This document shows, piece after piece, positions 50,266 through 60,726 of a stretch of DNA of 61,104 nt. Every line of letters starts with the position of its first letter. Positions within the stretch are counted from its first letter, which is position 1. The translations under genes were made by a program, and so were the position numbers. Source of the stretch: an uncultured Bacilli bacterium (lineage in GTDB: Bacteria > Bacillota_I > Bacilli_A > RF39 > UBA660). A model generated the notes under the pieces. That model was given only the letters and a program-made list of their open reading frames with translations. It was not told where the DNA came from and did no database searches. The stretch spans positions 1 to 61,104 of the forward strand of contig CANQFE010000002.1 in the NCBI GenBank assembly GCA_947598285.1, read 5' to 3'.

Positions 50266-50489
50266 AAGAGATTACATTTGAAAATGCTTTGAAAGATTTA
50301 GAACTTATTGTGAAAGATTTAGAAAGTGGTAATATTCCGTTGGAAGAAGCTATTACTAAATATACAGATGCGATGAATTTACTTAAATTATGTCAAGAAA
50401 AATTAGATCACGCGACTAAACAAGTTAATAAAATTTTAGGTGAAGATGGAAAGTTAGAGGATTTTAAACTTACTGATGGGGAGGAATAA
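50262..50489 (+). CDS. xseB: Exodeoxyribonuclease VII small subunit
   Basis: 75 aa, FENALKDLELIVKDLESGNIPLEEA signature. ATGA overlap with xseA. Confidence 0.9.
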   Translation: MKEITFENALKDLELIVKDLESGNIPLEEAITKYTDAMNLLKLCQEKLDHATKQVNKILGEDGKLEDFKLTDGEE

Positions 50490-50491
50490 AA

Positions 50492-51907
50492 ATGGCTAAA
50501 TTAGTGACAAAAATTACTGATCGAGATACCAATTTTGCTGATTGGTATACTGATGTTGTAAGAGAAGCAGATCTTGTTTCCTATAGTAGTGTAAAAGGAA
50601 GTATGATTATTCGCCCTTATGGTTATGCTATTTGGGAAAATATGGTAAATGTATTAGATACTGAATTTAAAAAATTGGGTCATCAAAATGTTCAAATGCC
50701 TATGTTTATTCCAGAATCTTTACTAAATGTTGAAAAAGATCATGTGAATGGTTTTGCTCCAGAAGTTGCTTGGGTAACTCATGGAGGTGACACTAAATTA
50801 GAAGAAAGAATGTGTGTTAGACCAACAAGTGAAGTTCTTTTCTGTGAACATTTTAAGAATATTATTCATTCTTATCGTGATTTACCTCTTTTATATAATC
50901 AGTGGTGTACGATTGTCCGTTGGGAAAAAACGACTCGACCATTTTTAAGAAGTAGGGAAATTTTATGGCAAGAAGGACATACTATGCATAGAACTGCCGA
51001 AGAAGCGAGATCAGAAACTTTAAGAATGCTAAAAGTTTATGAAGATTTTCAAAGGAATTATTTAGCTTTACCTGTTTTAGTAGGAAGAAAAACCGAAAAA
51101 GAAAAATTTGCTGGAGCTCAAGAAACTTATACGATTGAAGCTATGATGTATGATGGAGTGGCTTTACAAAATGGGACTAGCCATTATTTTGGTGATGGTT
51201 TTGCCAAGGCTTTTGGCATTGAATTTTTAGATGAAGATAACACGAAAAAAACACCTTTTCAGACAAGTTGGGGTTGTACGACACGAATGATTGGTGGGGT
51301 CATTATGACGCATAGCGATAATCATGGTTTGGTATTACCTCCTAATATTGCGCCAATTAAGGTACGCTTTATTCCTATTCAGTGTACTGAAGAAATTATG
51401 AATGAAATTACTCATATTACAAGTGATTTAGAAGGAATTACTTATGATATTGATCAAAGTGATAAATCACCTGGCTTTAAGTTTGCAGATGCGGAAGTAA
51501 AAGGAATTCCAATTCGCGTTGAAATTGGGCTTCGCGATTTAGAACAAAATGTGGCAACTTTGGTTCGAAGAGATACTTTAGAAAAAATTATAGTACCACT
51601 TAATGAAGTGGCTAATAAAATAAAAGAACTTTTGCCAAAAATTCAGCAAGATATGTATGATCGAGCTTTAAAAAGACGTGATTCCATGATTTATGAAACA
51701 AATGATTATCAAGAATTTCAAAAAATTGCCAAAGAAAAATCAGGATTTATTTTAACAACTTGGTGTGGTGAAGAAGCTTGTGAAAATCAAATTAAAGATG
51801 ATACTGGTTTAAAAAGTCGTTGTATTAAAGAGGAAATCCAAGATGGTACTTGCATTGTCTGTGGAAAAAAGGCTAAATATTCGATTTATTTTGGACGTCA
51901 ATATTAA
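50492..51907 (+). CDS. proS: Proline--tRNA ligase (archaeal/eukaryote-like short form with C-terminal zinc domain)
   Basis: About 471 aa with class II motifs and no INS editing domain. C-terminus CIVCGKKAKYSIYFGRQY ends in Tyr. Confidence 0.93.
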   Translation: MAKLVTKITDRDTNFADWYTDVVREADLVSYSSVKGSMIIRPYGYAIWENMVNVLDTEFKKLGHQNVQMPMFIPESLLNVEKDHVNGFAPEVAWVTHGGDTKLEERMCVRPTSEVLFCEHFKNIIHSYRDLPLLYNQWCTIVRWEKTTRPFLRSREILWQEGHTMHRTAEEARSETLRMLKVYEDFQRNYLALPVLVGRKTEKEKFAGAQETYTIEAMMYDGVALQNGTSHYFGDGFAKAFGIEFLDEDNTKKTPFQTSWGCTTRMIGGVIMTHSDNHGLVLPPNIAPIKVRFIPIQCTEEIMNEITHITSDLEGITYDIDQSDKSPGFKFADAEVKGIPIRVEIGLRDLEQNVATLVRRDTLEKIIVPLNEVANKIKELLPKIQQDMYDRALKRRDSMIYETNDYQEFQKIAKEKSGFILTTWCGEEACENQIKDDTGLKSRCIKEEIQDGTCIVCGKKAKYSIYFGRQY

Positions 51908-52015
51908 AGAAAACTGATGAAAAATCAGTTTTTTGTTCGCTTTTTTATCATTTATACTTGACTTTTTTAAAAAATAGTGTAAAATAGTAACACATTGAAA
52001 GGGGGAAAATTACTT

Positions 52016-52849
52016 ATGGAATTAATAGGTAATTATACACAAGCAAGATATTCAATCAATAAAGAAGAGAAAAAAGAAAAAGAATTAGAATCGAAAAGAA
52101 TTAATAATTCTGTTATTTCAGCTCAAAAAGAAACAGGAGAAACTTATACTATCGATGTGATTAGTGATAAAATGACTGGAAATGATATTATTCGTCTTCA
52201 AAATATTCGTGAAGTTAGAGCAATTACAAGAAATGATTTAATTGTTACAACAATGGGTATGGATGAAACTATCAATTTTTATCATTATCAAGTTTCTACA
52301 AAAGGGGCAACAATGATTAATTCATTTGAAAATATTAGTAGGATTGAATCACATGAAGGAGATAAAATTTGGTTTTTAGCTTCTGAATTAAAAGGATTAA
52401 CCATTTATAATGCCAAAGCTAAAAAAGCTTGGAATTCAAAAAGAATGTTACAAAAAAATACTGTTTGTGACGCGACAATTGGAACTGATTCTTATGGTGA
52501 ATTTACCCAAATTGAATTAGGATTTGATTATGTGGTTGGTAATGCTTCTGATTCTGTAATTGTTACTATTGATCCTGATGGTCTTGATATTTTAAGTACA
52601 CGTAGTAAAAATCGTCCAATTGACCTTATTTATCCATATGCTACAGTTGAATCAAAAAATAGTATGAATCAATTAGCAAGTCCTGAATTTCCTGGATTTC
52701 TTGAAGAAAATTATGGAAAATTATTAGAATTACAAAATAAAATAAGAGAATATGCTGAAAAATTAGGAAACAGTGATGATGTTCGTGCGATGGAAATTTC
52801 TACATCTGATATTCTTAAATTAGTCTATGATCAAAAGAAATTAAAATAA
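52016..52849 (+). CDS. Hypothetical protein
   Basis: AAAGGGGGA RBS before ATG 52016 (ORF track TTG 51995). No motif recognised. Confidence 0.5.
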   Translation: MELIGNYTQARYSINKEEKKEKELESKRINNSVISAQKETGETYTIDVISDKMTGNDIIRLQNIREVRAITRNDLIVTTMGMDETINFYHYQVSTKGATMINSFENISRIESHEGDKIWFLASELKGLTIYNAKAKKAWNSKRMLQKNTVCDATIGTDSYGEFTQIELGFDYVVGNASDSVIVTIDPDGLDILSTRSKNRPIDLIYPYATVESKNSMNQLASPEFPGFLEENYGKLLELQNKIREYAEKLGNSDDVRAMEISTSDILKLVYDQKKLK

Positions 52850-52858
52850 CTGAGTTCA

Positions 52859-53839
52859 TTACTCAGTTATTATTTTGTCTCCTTGTTCTAACATTGTAGT
52901 GATAAAGATCGCATAACCCATATATGGATTATCGACAATGACATGAGTCACGGCACCAATTAATTTTCCGTTTTGAACAATTGGAGAACCGCTCATGCCT
53001 TGAACAATGCCACCTGTTTTTTGAATTAATTCTTCATCTTTAATTGTAAAAGTAATATTTTTGATATCATTGTTTTCTTGTATTTTGGTAATTTCAATTT
53101 GAAAAGCTTCTTTCTGCTTTCCTTTTAAGACCGTGTAAAGTTCAGCGTTCCCTAGTTTTACATCATCTTTGGAACCGACTGGAATTGTTTTTTGGGTTAT
53201 TGTCTCATTATATATTCCAAAGATACCATGATTTGTATTATTTTTAATATTGCCAAAAATATGATTGTAATTAAAATTAGCATTTTTTTCACCGGCTGTA
53301 CCATTTTCACTTTTTCGAATTCCAGTGACGGTACTTTCATAGATATTTCCTGTTCGAACTTCAACTATTTGTGATGTTGTGCTTTCTAATATTTCATGGC
53401 CTAAAGCACCATAAATTTTTGTTTCAGGATCAATATAGGAAAGAGTACCAATTCCTGTGACGCCATCTTTTACATAAAGGCCGGTTTTATAAACTCCATC
53501 ACTTTTTACTATTGAAAGAGATGTTTTAAATGTTTCTTCATTTCTTTTAATTGTTAAAATAATGTTTTCTGTTGTTACATTTTTTTCAATTTGAGCGGTT
53601 AAATCATTTATTGTATTGATTTTATTTTCATTTACTTCAATGATGTAATCTCCGGCTTTCATTTCAGGATAACCTTTTTGAAATTCACCATTTACTTTAT
53701 AAAAACCAATTATCATTACTCCTGGAGTATCAATATGAATTCCAATATTTTCTCCTCCCAAGATAACTTCGCTGGAGTAAGCATTTACATAAATTGGAAA
53801 GAGAAAAAGGAGAATTAAAATTGTCCATAACTTTTTCAT
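52859..53839 (-). CDS. spoIVB: SpoIVB peptidase (S55) with PDZ domain
   Basis: Signal anchor. PDZ (AGDYIIEVNENKI). GIGTLSYIDPETKIYGALGHEI and GIVQGMSGSPIVQNGKLIGAVTHV signatures. Confidence 0.85.
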   Translation of the reverse strand: MKKLWTILILLFLFPIYVNAYSSEVILGGENIGIHIDTPGVMIIGFYKVNGEFQKGYPEMKAGDYIIEVNENKINTINDLTAQIEKNVTTENIILTIKRNEETFKTSLSIVKSDGVYKTGLYVKDGVTGIGTLSYIDPETKIYGALGHEILESTTSQIVEVRTGNIYESTVTGIRKSENGTAGEKNANFNYNHIFGNIKNNTNHGIFGIYNETITQKTIPVGSKDDVKLGNAELYTVLKGKQKEAFQIEITKIQENNDIKNITFTIKDEELIQKTGGIVQGMSGSPIVQNGKLIGAVTHVIVDNPYMGYAIFITTMLEQGDKIITE

Positions 53840-53913
53840 TTTATCACCCTGATAATAGTATGGGCTATTTTTTCTAAATAAAAATGGTAATTCTTGTTAA
53901 GAAAATTACCATT

Positions 53914-54009
53914 TTATAGAACATAAGCAAGAATTCCTGCTAATATTCCAAAGACCATGACAAGAAGTGTAATCCAAGTCACAATTTTTCTTACTTTAGG
54001 ATTCATCAT
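53914..54009 (-). CDS. Small membrane peptide (31 aa, MMNPKVRKIVTWITLLVMVFGILAGILAYVL), possibly DUF4044-like
   Basis: GAAGGTG RBS and one TM helix. Followed by bidirectional hairpin AAAATGGTAATT/AATTACCATTTT (53881-53915). Not in the ORF track. Confidence 0.35.
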   Translation of the reverse strand: MMNPKVRKIVTWITLLVMVFGILAGILAYVL

Positions 54010-54081
54010 ACACCTTCATTTCTTTTTCTATTTAATCATAAATTTACTCTTTTGTAAATAGAATTTAATGAGGGAAGAGGA

Positions 54082-54660
54082 ATGAAACAATTAAAATTGT
54101 ATCTTAAAAAAAAGAAGTATGTTCTTTTGTTTTTAAGTGTATTAGTTTTGCTTGGAGTCGCGGTCGGTTTTTTTCTTAGTTTGGCCAATTTTTCTTATTT
54201 AAAAGAAAATGTTCTTTATTTTTCACAAAATTTTATGAATGGTCATTTTTCTTATTTATTTTTGCATTTCTTTTTTTTAGTGATTGCTTTGTTTTTTTCA
54301 TTTTTTGGAATTGGCATTGCTTTTTTATGCGCTTTCATTTTTTTTGAAGGAATTAGTTTAGGTCTTATTATTGGTCTTTTTAGTATGACTTATTCTTTTT
54401 CTGGATTTTGTTTTGCAATTCTTTTCTTTCTTGTTACCAAAGGTGTTTATTTTGTATTTCTACTTTTTTATTTTATGAAATGTTTAGAAATTGCACGAAG
54501 AATGATTGGCAAATTTCTTTATAAAACGGATCCAAGTCATTTTTTAGGACGTATATTAAAGGCTTGTGGAATTGTTATTTTAGTAGTTTTTCTTTCTGAT
54601 TTAGGAATTTATTTTCTAGGTCATAAAATTCTTATCTTTTTTCGTTTTCTTCTTGTTTAA
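54082..54660 (+). CDS. Polytopic membrane protein, possibly stage II sporulation protein M-like
   Basis: Size, topology and N-terminal pattern (KKKKYVLLFLSVLVLLGVAVGFF...) resemble SpoIIM. Neighbourhood includes spoIVB and xerD. Weak call. Confidence 0.4.
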   Translation: MKQLKLYLKKKKYVLLFLSVLVLLGVAVGFFLSLANFSYLKENVLYFSQNFMNGHFSYLFLHFFFLVIALFFSFFGIGIAFLCAFIFFEGISLGLIIGLFSMTYSFSGFCFAILFFLVTKGVYFVFLLFYFMKCLEIARRMIGKFLYKTDPSHFLGRILKACGIVILVVFLSDLGIYFLGHKILIFFRFLLV

Positions 54661-54693
54661 ACTTTGATATAATAGGGGAAATGGAGGCCTATT

Positions 54694-55836
54694 ATGTCGA
54701 AAAAAGTGATTGTTGGAATGAGTGGTGGAGTGGACTCTGCTGTAAGTGCGTATTTGCTTTTGCAACAAGGATATGAAGTAGAAGGTTTATTTATGCGTAA
54801 TTGGGACGCTTTTGCTAATCATGATGTTTTAGGGAATCCTACGTTAAATGAAGCAATATGCCCCCAAGAACAAGATTATAATGATGCTAAGAAAACCTGT
54901 GAAATTTTAGGCATTCCTTTGCATCGGGTTGATTTTGTAAAAGAATATTGGGATCATGTTTTTACTTATTTTTTGGAGGAATTAAAAAAGGGGAGAACTC
55001 CTAATCCTGATGTTTTATGTAATAAATATATTAAGTTTGATTCTTTTCAAAAAGAAGCAAAAAAATTAGGTGCTGATTATATTGCAACTGGGCATTATGC
55101 ACGAAGAAAGGGCACTCATCTACTAAGGGGAATTGATCCAAATAAAGATCAAACTTATTTTCTTTCCCAACTTTCTCAAGAGCAAATTCAAGATGTTTTA
55201 TTTCCAGTAGGGGATCTTACAAAAGAGGAAGTTCGTAAAATTGCCCAAAAAATTGGTCTTAATGTGGCAGCAAAAAAAGATTCAACAGGCATTTGCTTTA
55301 TTGGCGAACGGCATTATCAAGAATTTCTTCAAAATTATTTTCAACCTAATCCTGGCAATATTATTGATGTCAAAACAGGAAAAGTGATTGGAAGACATAC
55401 TGGTCTTATGAATTATACGATTGGTCAGCGCAGACATATTGGAGTTTCCGGATATCAAAATCGACATTATGTTTGTGGAAAAAATGTTTCTAAAAATGAA
55501 TTATATGTTTCTTTTGATGATGATTTGTCTTATCTATATAGTGATTCATGCCTTTTAGAGCAAGTTCATTTTATTGGTGATAAACGTCCTTCTCATTGCA
55601 GTGCGAAATTTCGTTATCGTGGAGAAGATTATCCAGTTACGATTACTTATATCAGTGAGGAAGAAGTAAAAGTTTCTTATCCTTCAAAGGTAAAAGCGGT
55701 CACTCCGGGACAATTTTGTGTCTTTTATGATGGTGAAGAGTGCTTGGGAAGTGGAATTATAAAAGAAGTTTATAAAAATAATCAAAAATTATGGTATTTG
55801 AGTGATTCAGAACCAGAATCTGATACAAAAAAGTAA
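54694..55836 (+). CDS. mnmA: tRNA 2-thiouridine(34) synthase MnmA
   Basis: PP-loop VGMSGGVDSAVSAYLL, TPNPDVLCNKYIKF and catalytic Cys context DSTGICFIGE. Confidence 0.95.
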   Translation: MSKKVIVGMSGGVDSAVSAYLLLQQGYEVEGLFMRNWDAFANHDVLGNPTLNEAICPQEQDYNDAKKTCEILGIPLHRVDFVKEYWDHVFTYFLEELKKGRTPNPDVLCNKYIKFDSFQKEAKKLGADYIATGHYARRKGTHLLRGIDPNKDQTYFLSQLSQEQIQDVLFPVGDLTKEEVRKIAQKIGLNVAAKKDSTGICFIGERHYQEFLQNYFQPNPGNIIDVKTGKVIGRHTGLMNYTIGQRRHIGVSGYQNRHYVCGKNVSKNELYVSFDDDLSYLYSDSCLLEQVHFIGDKRPSHCSAKFRYRGEDYPVTITYISEEEVKVSYPSKVKAVTPGQFCVFYDGEECLGSGIIKEVYKNNQKLWYLSDSEPESDTKK

Positions 55837-55933
55837 GAAAATTGCAAGAAAAATAAAATAATTATACATTTTACTTGACATAAAAGTGTTAATACGTATA
55901 TAATTAAAATGTAAATGGTAGAAAGAGTAGGGC

Positions 55934-56737
55934 ATGAAAATGAATAAATTAAATGATTTATTACAAGAATTGGGGATTTCAAAAGTAAGACTAGCAAAAT
56001 ATTTAGGGGTATCTCGACAAATGGTCTATAACTATTTAGAGTTAGAAGATTTAAGCAAATGGCCAAAAGAGAAAAAAATATTATTACTAAAATTGTTAGA
56101 TATTTCTGAAGAAGGGGAGAGTACGCTAGAAAATATTAAAGTTACGACTGATTATTTAATGAGTGTCGAAAATCGTTTAAATCAAAATCTTAAGAATGCT
56201 GGTGGAGGAGAGTCTTATCTTGATTTAAAAGATTTATCAAAAGATGCACAATCTTTATTAACTGATATTGCTAACTTAATGAAAGAAAAGTTAGGGGAGG
56301 ATCGCAAGAAAGAAGAGAATTACTCGGCATTCCTTTATTTGTATCATATGTTACAATCGATGGATAATGTTCCAGAAATTAAATATATTTTTGGTTATAT
56401 GTCTAAAGCTTGTGGGTTTACTAATCCAGAAGAGTATCAATTTAATGAGGATAAACAATTTATTTTTGAAGGAATCCTTTACTCTGCCCTAACGCTTTAT
56501 AATAATGGGGGAGCCTCTCGAAGTAAATTAACTGAATCACATCGTCGTTTTGTTCAAGAAATTGAAAAACAAAAAGAAGAAAAATTATCTCGTACACAAC
56601 AATTAAATACAATTCGAATTCAAGCTTTAAAGGAACTTGGATATACTAAAATTGATGATTCAAATGCAGCTGAAATTTTTGAGAAAATTGCCGAAATTGA
56701 GTCTAGAGGATCTGTTGTTGGAACTAATGATAAATAG
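55934..56737 (+). CDS. HTH (XRE-like) domain protein with unknown C-terminal domain
   Basis: LNDLLQELGISKVRLAKYLGVSRQMVYNYLE helix-turn-helix at the N-terminus. Confidence 0.55.
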   Translation: MKMNKLNDLLQELGISKVRLAKYLGVSRQMVYNYLELEDLSKWPKEKKILLLKLLDISEEGESTLENIKVTTDYLMSVENRLNQNLKNAGGGESYLDLKDLSKDAQSLLTDIANLMKEKLGEDRKKEENYSAFLYLYHMLQSMDNVPEIKYIFGYMSKACGFTNPEEYQFNEDKQFIFEGILYSALTLYNNGGASRSKLTESHRRFVQEIEKQKEEKLSRTQQLNTIRIQALKELGYTKIDDSNAAEIFEKIAEIESRGSVVGTNDK

Positions 56738-57172
56738 TTCCTTTTTTAATATATTACTCCCCTCTTTTTATGTAAAAAAGAGAAGGGATACAATTTGAAT
56801 TTAGATGAAGAACTACTCATCTTTTTTCTTTTCGATGCAAATTAGAAAGGTTTCTAATTTGAAAGATATTTTATAAATTATTAGAAAGAATCTTTGCAGA
56901 AGTTAATTATGAATCAAATTGTTATATAGAAATTATATGATTGTTTCTTGGTGTTTAGTTATTTTTGATTTCTATGTCTTTAATGTTCATTTCTTTTATA
57001 AATTTATAAATTGCATAATATATATTATGTTAACCAATAAAAATGAAATGAAAAGTTTTTTCCTCTCCTCTTTTCTTTTTTGTTTTCTTTCATAAAAGAG
57101 AGATTAAAAAAATATTTTTATTTTTTGTAATTTATTTTATTTTTTCATTTTCATAAATACAATTGTTTGTTT

Positions 57173-57928
57173 TTAAAAAAGAAAATGATTTAGAAAAAGA
57201 AGAATTATCCCTACTCCACAGCCTAATAAAATATGTTTGTTTTCGTGATAGTCTAAAGCTTTTGGTAATAATTCATGAATTGATAATGTAATCATAAGAC
57301 CTGCGACAAAAATCAAAATGAAACTTATCATAGTATTGGTGATCCAATTTTTTAAGAAAATAAAAGCTAGTAAAGCGCCTAAAGGTTCGGCTAAACCAGA
57401 GAAAAAAGTCATTTTAATGGCTTCTTTTTTAGAGCCTGTGGCATAATAAAGAGGAACTGCGATACTAATTCCTTCGGGAATATTATGAAGCATAATTGCA
57501 AGGCTAATTTTTAATCCTAAATATAAATTTTGGTAACTACTAAGAAAAGTGACAATTCCTTCGGGAAAATTGTGAAGCATAAGAGCTAGCATAGATAAGA
57601 TTCCTAAACGATATAAATCTTGATTTTTTCTTTTTCTCTTCTCTATTTTTTGGTGAATTAGATAAACTGAAAAGATACCAAAAAGAAACGCTACAAAAGA
57701 AAAAAAGATACCTTTTGCTAGTTTATATTCTGTTAAGATGGTAAAACTTGCTTCAGGAAGTAATTCACTAATAGATATGCCAATCATAATGGTTAGGGAA
57801 AAACTAAGCGCGAAAGTAATAAATTGGTTTACTTTTTCTCTTGGCCAGCGAAAAAAGATGACAATTGAACCTAATACGGTTGATAATCCGGCAATAGAAG
57901 TAATGAGAAAAGGAGTCAAAAAAGACAT
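57173..57928 (-). CDS. zupT: ZIP family zinc transporter
   Basis: Polytopic. Duplicated HNFPEGI / HNIPEGI metal-binding motifs. Confidence 0.8.
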   Translation of the reverse strand: MSFLTPFLITSIAGLSTVLGSIVIFFRWPREKVNQFITFALSFSLTIMIGISISELLPEASFTILTEYKLAKGIFFSFVAFLFGIFSVYLIHQKIEKRKRKNQDLYRLGILSMLALMLHNFPEGIVTFLSSYQNLYLGLKISLAIMLHNIPEGISIAVPLYYATGSKKEAIKMTFFSGLAEPLGALLAFIFLKNWITNTMISFILIFVAGLMITLSIHELLPKALDYHENKHILLGCGVGIILLFLNHFLF

Positions 57929-57951
57929 AAAATCACCTAGTACATTTTATG

Positions 57952-58875
57952 TTATTTTCTTTTTTTCATTCTTTCTTGCTCAAAATATTCAGTAGAAGAA
58001 TATAAGCCTAAACGAAGTAAATCTTCTTTCGTTGAATTATATAAATCATTTGTATTCATTGTGTTTAAAACATTCTCTACTCCACCAATATCATATAAAG
58101 TTTGAATTTCATGAGAATCAAATGGACTCATTAATATTTGATTTAGTTTTTTCTGTTCTTCTTTGATAGATATCGGCATAAAATCTTTCTCTTCTAATCC
58201 AGCTTCGTCAATATTTATCGGAAAATCATAAATATAATCAAATATTAAACTAGAATATAAATAATTTTCTCGATATTTTTTCTCTAATGGTTGATGATTT
58301 AAAATTTTTAATAAAATCAAGATTTCATAACGAACAGTTTTATAATCTTCCATACTTTTTAATATTTTGTTTTGATACAATGTGTTTGAACTATCTTTAT
58401 AATAATTCCAAAAATAATTTTTCATTTCTTCAGAGTATAATTTAGACGTAAATTGATTTAAATATGTGAGATTCGAGAAAAGAATTCTAGTGATTAGCTG
58501 TAATAATTCTTTTTGGTAAATACTCTGCGAATTTAAACGAATTGATAAGTTTTCATCTTTGGTTTTTTGAAGTCTTTCTAAGGCTAAAGTTTTTAGTAAT
58601 TCTTCTAATTTTGAATAGATAGCAATTTTATTTTCACATTTAAAAAGAACTTCATAATCTTTCATCGCATAATTTTTCTTACTTTTATTATAGGTTATTC
58701 GTGCGATAAAAATATCTTTGGCTTTTTCAAGTTCGGGGTGGCTTTCTTGCCATTCTTTTTTGGTTGCATTTAAAGTTATTAAATCTATTTCAGTAATATC
58801 AGAATATGGTCCAGAAAGAATATTTACGATGCCTTTTTGATTTAAATAAAGGATATAATATTTTCTTTTTTGCAT
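57952..58875 (-). CDS. Hypothetical protein (307 aa), likely co-transcribed with zupT
   Basis: Long ORF ending 23 nt upstream of zupT. No motif recognised. Confidence 0.5.
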   Translation of the reverse strand: MQKRKYYILYLNQKGIVNILSGPYSDITEIDLITLNATKKEWQESHPELEKAKDIFIARITYNKSKKNYAMKDYEVLFKCENKIAIYSKLEELLKTLALERLQKTKDENLSIRLNSQSIYQKELLQLITRILFSNLTYLNQFTSKLYSEEMKNYFWNYYKDSSNTLYQNKILKSMEDYKTVRYEILILLKILNHQPLEKKYRENYLYSSLIFDYIYDFPINIDEAGLEEKDFMPISIKEEQKKLNQILMSPFDSHEIQTLYDIGGVENVLNTMNTNDLYNSTKEDLLRLGLYSSTEYFEQERMKKRK

Positions 58876-58982
58876 TTTGATCCCTCTTTGTTTATTGTAC
58901 TAAAAATACCAAACATTGGCAACAAAAATAGGTATCTTTTTTCATTTTATCACTCATAATACTAGTGGGAGGTAAAAAGAGT

Positions 58983-59102
58983 ATGAAAAGACAAGAAAAT
59001 CAAAAACGTTCTAATTCTAGAAGCGAAAAACGTAATGAAAACAGAAATGAAAAACGTTCTAATTCTAGAAATGAAGAACAAAGAAATAACAGAAATTGTT
59101 AA
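58983..59102 (+). CDS. Small highly basic/polar ORF (39 aa, MKRQENQKRSNSRSEKRNENRNEKRSNSRNEEQRNNRNC)
   Basis: GGGAGG RBS. Contains an internal 21-nt direct repeat AAAAACGTTCTAATTCTAGAA. Not in the ORF track. Confidence 0.3.
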   Translation: MKRQENQKRSNSRSEKRNENRNEKRSNSRNEEQRNNRNC

Positions 59103-59126
59103 TTTTCTAAGGAATGATGATTTTTT

Positions 59127-60032
59127 TCATTCCTTTTCTTTTCTTTTTCTTGGATGTGATTCGTCATATTCTTTTTTTATTTCTTCTTTACTTAAATGAG
59201 TATAAATTTGAGTTGTGGAAATACTACTGTGACCTAATAATTCTTGAATAACTCTTAAATCAGCACCATTTTGAAGTAAATGAGTGGCGAAAGAATGTCT
59301 TAAAACATGAGGACTAATTTCTTTTTTGATTCCTGTTTCCTCACAGACTTTTTTTAATAGTTTAAAAAGACCTTGTCTTGTTATTTTAGTTCCACGATTA
59401 TTTAAAAAGATTTCGTCGGGATTTTTTTGATGCTTTATCAGTTGAGGTCTATATTCATCAAGATAAAGTTCTAAGTAGTATTTACTGGTTTCGTTAAAGG
59501 GAATGATTCTTTCTTTTTTGCCCTTCCCTTCTACTCTTATTAATTCAGATGCAAAATCAATATTAGAAAATTTTAAAGAAATTAATTCAGAAATTCGCAT
59601 TCCTGTTGCGTATAGTAATTCTAACATGGCTTTTGTACGATAATCATAGATTGTTTTTAAGGGCATATTTAATAATCTATCTACTTCTTCATAAGTTAAA
59701 AATAAAGGTAATTTTTGAGGAATTTTAGGCATAGGAATTGTATTACAAGGGTTTTTTTTCATTTTTTCATTTTCTAAGCAAAATTGATAAAAATTATGTA
59801 AAACTGTAAACCGATGAGCTTTGGTAGTTTTTGCATCTTGGTTTTGGTGAATTAAGAAGGATTCTATGTCTTTTCTTTCGACATTTAATGGATTTTTTCC
59901 TTTTAAATATTTTTGAAATAGAAATAAATCATTTTGATATGATTTGATGGTATTTTCACTTAATTTTTTTTCATATTTTAAAGTTTCTATATATTGATTA
60001 AAATCTGAATTTAACTGTTCTTTTTTTTTCAT
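59127..60032 (-). CDS. xerD: Tyrosine recombinase XerD/XerC
   Basis: ATGMRISELISL, HVLRHSFATHLLQNGADLRVIQELLGHSSISTTQIYTHL. About 300 aa. Confidence 0.85.
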   Translation of the reverse strand: MKKKEQLNSDFNQYIETLKYEKKLSENTIKSYQNDLFLFQKYLKGKNPLNVERKDIESFLIHQNQDAKTTKAHRFTVLHNFYQFCLENEKMKKNPCNTIPMPKIPQKLPLFLTYEEVDRLLNMPLKTIYDYRTKAMLELLYATGMRISELISLKFSNIDFASELIRVEGKGKKERIIPFNETSKYYLELYLDEYRPQLIKHQKNPDEIFLNNRGTKITRQGLFKLLKKVCEETGIKKEISPHVLRHSFATHLLQNGADLRVIQELLGHSSISTTQIYTHLSKEEIKKEYDESHPRKRKEKE

Positions 60033-60042
60033 GACTACTCCT

Positions 60043-60711
60043 TTATTTTATGATGTCTTCAATCACTTTGGAAATTAAAATAGCTCCAGAGGCCATTGGA
60101 ACAGGGACCAAAGAACCTAAAAACTTATTTTTTCTTGGTTGTTCTTTACTACAAACGACTAAAGTGTTTAAAGCTTTTTTTTCATTTTTTAAGGCTTGTC
60201 TTATTTTTTTGGCTAAAGGATCATAACTTGTTTGTTTTAAAGGAATTATTTCTAACATTTCTGGATGAATACGATTCGCTGTTCCCATGGAGGAAATACA
60301 TTTTTTCTTTAATTGGGCACATTTTTTTATAAGTTCAATTTTTACTTCTACAGTGTCACAAGCATCAATAATATAATCATAAGAAAATAAAAAACTATCT
60401 GTGATATCTTCTTTTTTTAAATGAGTTTTAAGAACTTTTACTTTAATTTCAGGAGAAATCATTTTGGCTCTTTTTTGAGCTATTTTGACTTTTTCTTTGC
60501 CAATTGTTTTATTTGTGGCTAAAATTTGGCGATTTAAATTTGATAATTCAAAGGAATCTTTATCAACAACGGTGATGTGATGAAATCCTGAACGAATTAA
60601 AGCTTCAAAAGCAAAGCCCCCTACGCCACCTAAACCAATTAATAAAATATTTGCGTTTTCTATTTTTTTTAATTCTTCTTCGGAGATTAATTTTAAAATT
60701 CGATTATACAT
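60043..60711 (-). CDS. tcdA: ThiF/HesA-family protein, tRNA cyclic t6A dehydratase TcdA-like
   Basis: NILLIGLGGVGGFAFEAL dinucleotide fold, SNLNRQ motif, ~220 aa without a rhodanese or MoeB C-terminus. Confidence 0.7.
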   Translation of the reverse strand: MYNRILKLISEEELKKIENANILLIGLGGVGGFAFEALIRSGFHHITVVDKDSFELSNLNRQILATNKTIGKEKVKIAQKRAKMISPEIKVKVLKTHLKKEDITDSFLFSYDYIIDACDTVEVKIELIKKCAQLKKKCISSMGTANRIHPEMLEIIPLKQTSYDPLAKKIRQALKNEKKALNTLVVCSKEQPRKNKFLGSLVPVPMASGAILISKVIEDIIK

Positions 60712-60726
60712 ATCATCACTCCATAT

